DNA of 64,000 nucleotides from an uncultured Alphaproteobacteria bacterium (GTDB lineage Bacteria; Pseudomonadota; Alphaproteobacteria; RF32; CAG-239): NCBI GenBank assembly GCA_944391505.1, contig CALXTV010000001.1, positions 203,952 to 267,951 of the forward strand, read 5' to 3'. Shown piece by piece: positions 59,307 to 64,000 of this stretch (position 1 is its first letter; each line of letters starts with the position of its first letter). The notes under the pieces were generated by a model. It saw only the letters and a program-made list of their open reading frames with translations, ran no database searches and was not told where the DNA came from. The position numbers and the translations under genes were made by a program.

Positions 59307-60248
59307 ATGAATAAGAATCTGTATCATGTTCTGGGGGTTTCCAAAGAAGCGAGCGATGCCGAAATCAAATCGGCATATCGTAAGCTTGCCCGCAAATATC
59401 ACCCCGATCTTAACAAAGACGATAAAGACGCCGCGGAGAAATTTAAGGAAATTTCCTGCGCGTACGATATTTTGGGCGATAAGGAAAAACGTAAAAAATA
59501 TGATAATAACGAAATTGATGCCGACGGAAAACCGACCGGATTCGGCGCCGGTTTCGGACAAGGAGGTTATTCTTCTTACGGAGGCAACCCGTTTGGTCAG
59601 GGCGGCAGCCGTACTTATTATAGTGGCAATGGTGAAAACTTTGACTTTTCTTCAATTTTCGGAGACGATATTTTTTCGCAGTTTACCGGCGGCGGTTCGG
59701 GTTTTCAGGGCTTTGGCGGGGCTTCGCGCCGTGCCCGCAGGGGGCAGGATATTGCCTATACTATGCGGGTCGATTTTTTGGACGCGGCCAAAGGTGCCGA
59801 AAAAGGCGTTATTATCAACGGCAAAAACATTAATGTAAAAATCCCGGCCGGAACCGAAGACGGACAAACCCTGCGTCTGAAAGGACTGGGTTATGAGGGT
59901 ATCAACGGCGGAGCCAACGGTGATGTGCTGATTACTGTCAATGTTGACAAGCACCCGTATTTCAGCAGCGAAGGACTGAATATTCTGCTTGATTTGCCGA
60001 TTACCGTCAAGGAGGCTGTTCTTGGTGCCAAAGTAACCGTACCGACCATCAGCGGCAAGGTTATGGTCAATATTCCGCCTTATGCTTCCTCGGGAGAAAA
60101 ATTGCGTTTGAAGGGCAAAGGCATTAAAAGCCGGAGCGGGCAGGGTGATCAGTTCATTACCCTCCGCATCGTGGCGCCGAAAGCCAAGAATGCTGAATTG
60201 GAGAAGGCTCTGGCCGCAATGCCGGATGAAACAGTCAGGAACTTTTAA
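59307..60248 (+). CDS. J-domain protein (DnaJ/CbpA-like, no Zn-finger)
   Basis: J domain with HPD ([13 protein letters not shown]), a G/F-rich region, and DnaJ C-terminal beta domains. Lacks the CxxCxGxG repeats. Confidence 0.85.
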   Translation: MNKNLYHVLGVSKEASDAEIKSAYRKLARKYHPDLNKDDKDAAEKFKEISCAYDILGDKEKRKKYDNNEIDADGKPTGFGAGFGQGGYSSYGGNPFGQGGSRTYYSGNGENFDFSSIFGDDIFSQFTGGGSGFQGFGGASRRARRGQDIAYTMRVDFLDAAKGAEKGVIINGKNINVKIPAGTEDGQTLRLKGLGYEGINGGANGDVLITVNVDKHPYFSSEGLNILLDLPITVKEAVLGAKVTVPTISGKVMVNIPPYASSGEKLRLKGKGIKSRSGQGDQFITLRIVAPKAKNAELEKALAAMPDETVRNF

Positions 60249-60811
60249 TGTTTTTGGAACAACTGCGCGACTTTGAATGGTACAACGAACCTGCCGACGT
60301 TTCTTTCGATGAACGGGGAATGAGGGTTGTGAGCCGCGCGGGAACGGACTTTTGGCAAAGTCTGCATCACAGGTTTACCAAAGACGACGGGCATTTCTTT
60401 TTTACCAGAAAAACCGGCAATTTTGTCTGTACGGTCAAATGGGATTTTACAACCAACGGCGGCTTTGACCAATGCGGCATTATGTTGCGCATTGACGAAC
60501 GCAACTGGGTTAAAGCTTCGGTAATGTTTGAAAATTTCCGTGCACCGCTGCTTGGTACCTGTGTGACCAATGCCGGTGCTTCTGACTGGGCTTCGCAGGA
60601 AATACCTGTCGGTATCAATCAAATCTGGTACCGCCTCAAACGCGTCAACGGCGACTGCCTGCTTCATGTTTCGCTGGATGGCAAAAAGTTTAGGCAGGTA
60701 CGGATGTTTCACTTGCTTAATGATTGCCCGGAGGTCAAAATCGGCGCTTATGCCTGCAGTCCCCAACGTGATGATTTTGAAGCTATCTTGTCGCAGATAG
60801 ACTTTGAATAA
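60248..60811 (+). CDS. DUF1349-family protein (concanavalin-like beta-sandwich)
   Basis: The pattern GTDFW ... FDQCGIMLRIDERNWVK ... ASDWA matches DUF1349 conserved blocks. 187 aa. Confidence 0.6.
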   Translation: MFLEQLRDFEWYNEPADVSFDERGMRVVSRAGTDFWQSLHHRFTKDDGHFFFTRKTGNFVCTVKWDFTTNGGFDQCGIMLRIDERNWVKASVMFENFRAPLLGTCVTNAGASDWASQEIPVGINQIWYRLKRVNGDCLLHVSLDGKKFRQVRMFHLLNDCPEVKIGAYACSPQRDDFEAILSQIDFE

Positions 60812-60887
60812 GCGGCAAATTTGCCTGTTCAAAAATAAAAATTTGTGTTTAGGTTAAAAAGTCGGAAAATTAGATAAGGAAAAGACA

Positions 60888-61469
60888 ATGAAAAAGAACG
60901 GATTTTGGATTTTTTTGATTTCAACACTTTTGTTTTCGGAGACGGCCATGGCAGAAACAGTTATGAAAAAACTTCCCGCTCCGGTCATGACGGGCGGAAA
61001 ACCCTTGATGGAAGCGATTGCCGAAAGAAAGACGATTCGCGAATTCAAGGCGCAGGATATAGATGAGCAGACCCTGAGCGAAATTCTCTGGACAGCTTTC
61101 GGAATCAGTCATGACGGCAAAAGAACGATTCCAACGGCCATGAATCAGCAGAATTTGAAAGTTTATGTCGTCAAAAACGACGGTGCCTGGTTGTATGACG
61201 CCGCCGGCAACACCCTGACGCAGATAACCGCCGAAAACCTTCAGCCGCTGTTTGCCACCCAGGATTTTATGAAAAATGTCCCGGTTAATCTGGTTTATGT
61301 CGGCAGCGATGAAAAATATTCGCCGATGCATGCCGGTTCTGCTTATCAGAATGTCGGGCTCTATGCTGCGTCCAAAGGTATGCACAGCGTTGTCAGAGGC
61401 TATTTTGACAACGATAAGGTAACCAAAGCCCTTGGTCTGGAAAATGGTGAAAGAGCCATTGTTTCGTAG
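60888..61469 (+). CDS. nitroreductase-family protein with N-terminal signal peptide
   Basis: Signal peptide MKKNGFWIFLISTLLFSETAMA, then a nitroreductase-like core (RKTIREFKAQDIDEQTLSEILWTA). Confidence 0.65.
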   Translation: MKKNGFWIFLISTLLFSETAMAETVMKKLPAPVMTGGKPLMEAIAERKTIREFKAQDIDEQTLSEILWTAFGISHDGKRTIPTAMNQQNLKVYVVKNDGAWLYDAAGNTLTQITAENLQPLFATQDFMKNVPVNLVYVGSDEKYSPMHAGSAYQNVGLYAASKGMHSVVRGYFDNDKVTKALGLENGERAIVS

Positions 61470-61496
61470 GCAATCGGCTGGTAGACATAATCTGTA

Positions 61497-61533
61497 AAAA
61501 TACCGCCTTTAGCAATAAAGGCGGTATTTTTTT
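61497..61533 (+). terminator. intrinsic terminator
   Basis: AAAATACCGCCTTT-AGCAA-TAAAGGCGGTATTTTTTT. Confidence 0.8.
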
Positions 61534-61650
61534 AGAACTCTAACACACTTCACTGACAATAATATCCGTATCGATTTTCAGGCATGGGTTTCTCCTTAAA
61601 AACGCTTAAAGTATGGTCGTAAAGTTGCAAAATTGCAAATACAAAATATA

Positions 61651-61679
61651 TTGACTCATGCCTTGTGCCCTCCTAAACT
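61651..61679 (+). promoter_or_regulatory. sigma70-like promoter of the porin gene (TTGACT – 17 – TAAACT)
   Basis: Spacing and hexamers fit. Directly downstream of the TTGCAAAATTGCAA repeat. Confidence 0.45.
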
Positions 61680-61709
61680 CAAAAAGAAATTTTAAATAAG
61701 GTAAAACCA

Positions 61710-62837
61710 ATGAATCCCAAATATCTGCTCGGCCTGTTCTGTTTGTGCGTTGCCACTCCCGCGGTAGCCGGCGAATGGACTTTTGACGCTTCGGGAAGCG
61801 CCGTTGCCTTATATGGTTACAGTGATGTTGACAGTCGCTATGAAAAACTGAATGACAACAATCACACGCCCTCGGAAGTCGAAATCAATCTTTCGGCCGA
61901 ATATACGTTTGACGACAGTGCCTATGCCGCCGGTTTTTATCTTGATGCCATGGCCGGTGCCGACAAAGAGCTTGAAGACTATACCCAGGGCAAATGGGGC
62001 GAAGAAGCTTATGCAATTTTGGATACGCCTTACGGCCGCATAATGGGCGGACAAACCTGGAACGTTGCTTATCAGTTTGGAGTCGGTGCACCTTCGGTCG
62101 GTCCTTTGGGTGTCAACAACAGCGATATTGTCGATTTCATTGCCAATCCGAATTGGAAGCGCAATAAGTCCGGAACCGCTTTCCGTACCCTCAACTCAAC
62201 CGACATCAATACTGACGGTACTGCGCCGAAAATCAGTTATATCACACCCGAATTTTATCAGACCGTTGTCGGCCTGACCTATGTTCCGGATATTTATTCG
62301 CGTACCGGTCTGGTCAGCCGCTATGCCGATTATAAAAATGAAGACGGTTATGTTGCAGCCCTGTATAATCATGCCGAATTGGGAAGCCTTAATCTGGAAA
62401 CTTCATTGGGCTTTGCCGTTTTTGCCGATGATGACCGTGAATTTTCGGCCGGCATGAGCATATCCCGCGGAAACTGGACACTCGGCGGTTCCTATCGTCG
62501 TACTTATGTCGACGGCGGTGATTATCCGCAGAATATCCGCCGCAATCCGCAGCGTATGCCGGAAGGTTTTGATGCTTATCGTGAAGGTTATGCCTGGAAT
62601 GTCGGCGTCAGCTATGCCTTTGGCCCTTACCAGGCCGGCCTGAGCTATTTTAACGCCAAAGCCGACCATACTGATAACGAAGACCGTATTGTGCAGTTTT
62701 CCAATCAGTATCAGCTGAACAAATATACGGATTTATACCTGATTGCCGCTCATGTTGACTACCGCGGCGCCGATGATGATCTTCGCGACAATGCGAAAGG
62801 CTATGCTTTCATTGCCGGTGTCGGTTTTAATTTTTAG
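61710..62837 (+). CDS. outer-membrane porin (beta-barrel)
   Basis: Signal peptide ...ATPAVAGEW, alternating amphipathic beta-strand pattern, and a C-terminal aromatic ...GVGFNF typical of OMPs. Confidence 0.75.
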   Translation: MNPKYLLGLFCLCVATPAVAGEWTFDASGSAVALYGYSDVDSRYEKLNDNNHTPSEVEINLSAEYTFDDSAYAAGFYLDAMAGADKELEDYTQGKWGEEAYAILDTPYGRIMGGQTWNVAYQFGVGAPSVGPLGVNNSDIVDFIANPNWKRNKSGTAFRTLNSTDINTDGTAPKISYITPEFYQTVVGLTYVPDIYSRTGLVSRYADYKNEDGYVAALYNHAELGSLNLETSLGFAVFADDDREFSAGMSISRGNWTLGGSYRRTYVDGGDYPQNIRRNPQRMPEGFDAYREGYAWNVGVSYAFGPYQAGLSYFNAKADHTDNEDRIVQFSNQYQLNKYTDLYLIAAHVDYRGADDDLRDNAKGYAFIAGVGFNF

Positions 62838-62849
62838 AGGATTTTTCTG

Positions 62850-63476
62850 ATGCCCAATTTGCTTTTTGTTTCCGATAACGCGTCTTTTGCCGAGGATTTG
62901 TGCGGTCAGATTAAGTATTATGCGCCGGAGTTTAATATCCTTGCCGAAGACGGCGGCAGTATTTTGGACATTGTTGTTCTGGACGACAAGCCGGAGCTTT
63001 TAAAAGAGTTTCGTGCCAAACACCCAAAAACCCCCGTTTTCTTGTTGCTTTCAGAGGCTGATGAGATTTTTGAAAGCTCCAACCTCAACATAACCGTTGC
63101 CAAGCCGCTGCAGCTTGATGCATTTCTGAACCAGCTCCGCGCCGGCAGCAATCTGCTGGACAATTCCGCCGACGGCTATCTGCATTTTAACCGCTACGAG
63201 CTGCGGCCGGTTGCCCGTGAGATTCTGAACCTGCGCAACAACGAAATTGTCAAACTGACCGAAAAAGAAGTGGCGATTATCAAATATCTGTATAAAGCCA
63301 GAGATAAAATCGTTGCCAAAAACGAACTGTTGCAGGAAGTCTGGGGCTATAGTCCTGATGTCAGCACACATACGATAGAAACGCACATCTACCGCCTGCG
63401 CCAAAAAGTCGAACATGAAAATCCGGAAGCGCAGTTGATTATGACCGAAGACGGCGGCTATAAACTGAAAATGTAG
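62850..63476 (+). CDS. OmpR/PhoB-family winged-helix response regulator (compact receiver)
   Basis: C-terminal trans_reg_C (EVAIIKYLYKARDKIVAKNELLQEVWGY...THIYRLRQKV). N-terminal ~100-aa receiver with VLDD and K-P. Confidence 0.7.
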   Translation: MPNLLFVSDNASFAEDLCGQIKYYAPEFNILAEDGGSILDIVVLDDKPELLKEFRAKHPKTPVFLLLSEADEIFESSNLNITVAKPLQLDAFLNQLRAGSNLLDNSADGYLHFNRYELRPVAREILNLRNNEIVKLTEKEVAIIKYLYKARDKIVAKNELLQEVWGYSPDVSTHTIETHIYRLRQKVEHENPEAQLIMTEDGGYKLKM

Positions 63477-63479
63477 GTC

Positions 63480-64000
63480 TCAGCGCCTGATTTCCGCAAT
63501 AACCGGCACATGGTCGGACGGACGTTCCCAACTGCGCGTTTCTTTGAGCACTTTAATCGAAACCAGCCGGTCTTCCAGATTCGGCGTCGTCCAGATATGA
63601 TCCAGACGGCGTCCTTTGTTGTTGGTCTGCCAGTTCGGATTACGATAGCTCCACCAGGAATAGATTTTTTCCGGCTCCGGATAAAATTTGCGCAGCACGT
63701 CAACAAAGTTCAGCGAATTTTTCAGCCTTGTCAGTCTTTCGACTTCTACCGGCGTATGCGAAACGATTTTCAGCATTTGTTTGTGATTCCAAACGTCGTT
63801 TTCCAAGGGCGCAACGTTAAAATCGCCGCAGACAATCATCTTCCGTCCTTCATACTCCTTCTGGTGCTGCTCCCACCATTCGGCAACGTCGTCCATAAAC
63901 GTCAGTTTATGAGCAAAAGAGAGATTCTCAATCGGATCGGGAATATCGCCGCCGGCCGGAATATAGATGTTGTTGATTTCAATGTCGTCAAAAACTTTGG
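63480..64000 (-). CDS. xthA: exodeoxyribonuclease III (Xth), C-terminal part; gene continues past the window end
   Basis: C-terminal WERPSDHVPVIAEI motif of ExoIII/APE family. The ORF-track start at 63896 is an internal Met. Confidence 0.85.
   Translation of the reverse strand, partial: KVFDDIEINNIYIPAGGDIPDPIENLSFAHKLTFMDDVAEWWEQHQKEYEGRKMIVCGDFNVAPLENDVWNHKQMLKIVSHTPVEVERLTRLKNSLNFVDVLRKFYPEPEKIYSWWSYRNPNWQTNNKGRRLDHIWTTPNLEDRLVSIKVLKETRSWERPSDHVPVIAEIRR

Overview
This 64-kb window looks like a chromosomal segment of an alphaproteobacterium, probably a host-associated one. Evidence for that lineage: an IalB-family protein, an ELM1-family protein, a short-form HprK, perfect alphaproteobacterial parS palindromes, and the conserved rho–mnmE–mnmG–rsmG–parA–parB and gpmI–envC–ctpA–yibQ–rppH gene orders. 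Most of the window is densely packed housekeeping backbone: gmk, yicC, dnaQ, coaE, rho, mnmE/mnmG/rsmG, parAB, tsaE, hprK, mlaEF, radA, cvpA, rsmI/yraN/lpoA, ffs-dnaX-ybaB-recR, cca, rlmN, polA, a class A PBP, gpmI, envC, ctpA, rppH, gyrB, rpsA-cmk and rsmE. I found no rRNA, tRNA, CRISPR array, transposase or integrase.

Non-coding features the ORF track does not show:
- an SRP RNA gene (ffs) directly upstream of dnaX;
- two perfect parS sites, one in the mnmG 3' end and one in the rsmG 5' end;
- several clean intrinsic terminators;
- a promoter- and terminator-bounded ~175-nt candidate sRNA downstream of rppH.

Accessory or unusual content, inserted into the conserved backbone:
- An orphan 611-aa protein translationally coupled to an S66 (LdcA/MccF-like) peptidase. 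It is preceded by a 500-bp AT-rich leader that holds a promoter-driven 42-aa hydrophobic mini-ORF and a 23-bp direct repeat, each copy ending a small ORF.
- A tandem pair of YqeK-like HD phosphohydrolases plus a PHP phosphoesterase, wedged between mnmG and rsmG.
- A 752-aa signal-less protein with an archaemetzincin-like HExxH/Cys4 zinc module and a large C-terminal region of unknown function. This is a candidate effector.
- A secreted Cys-rich tandem-repeat protein with a DUF1566-like C-terminus.
- A response regulator–Hpt–RquA-like methyltransferase trio.
- A secreted nitroreductase-like protein, a porin and an OmpR-type regulator.

I regard the 611-aa/S66 module with its structured leader, and the metzincin-like 752-aa protein, as the most likely undescribed systems here.
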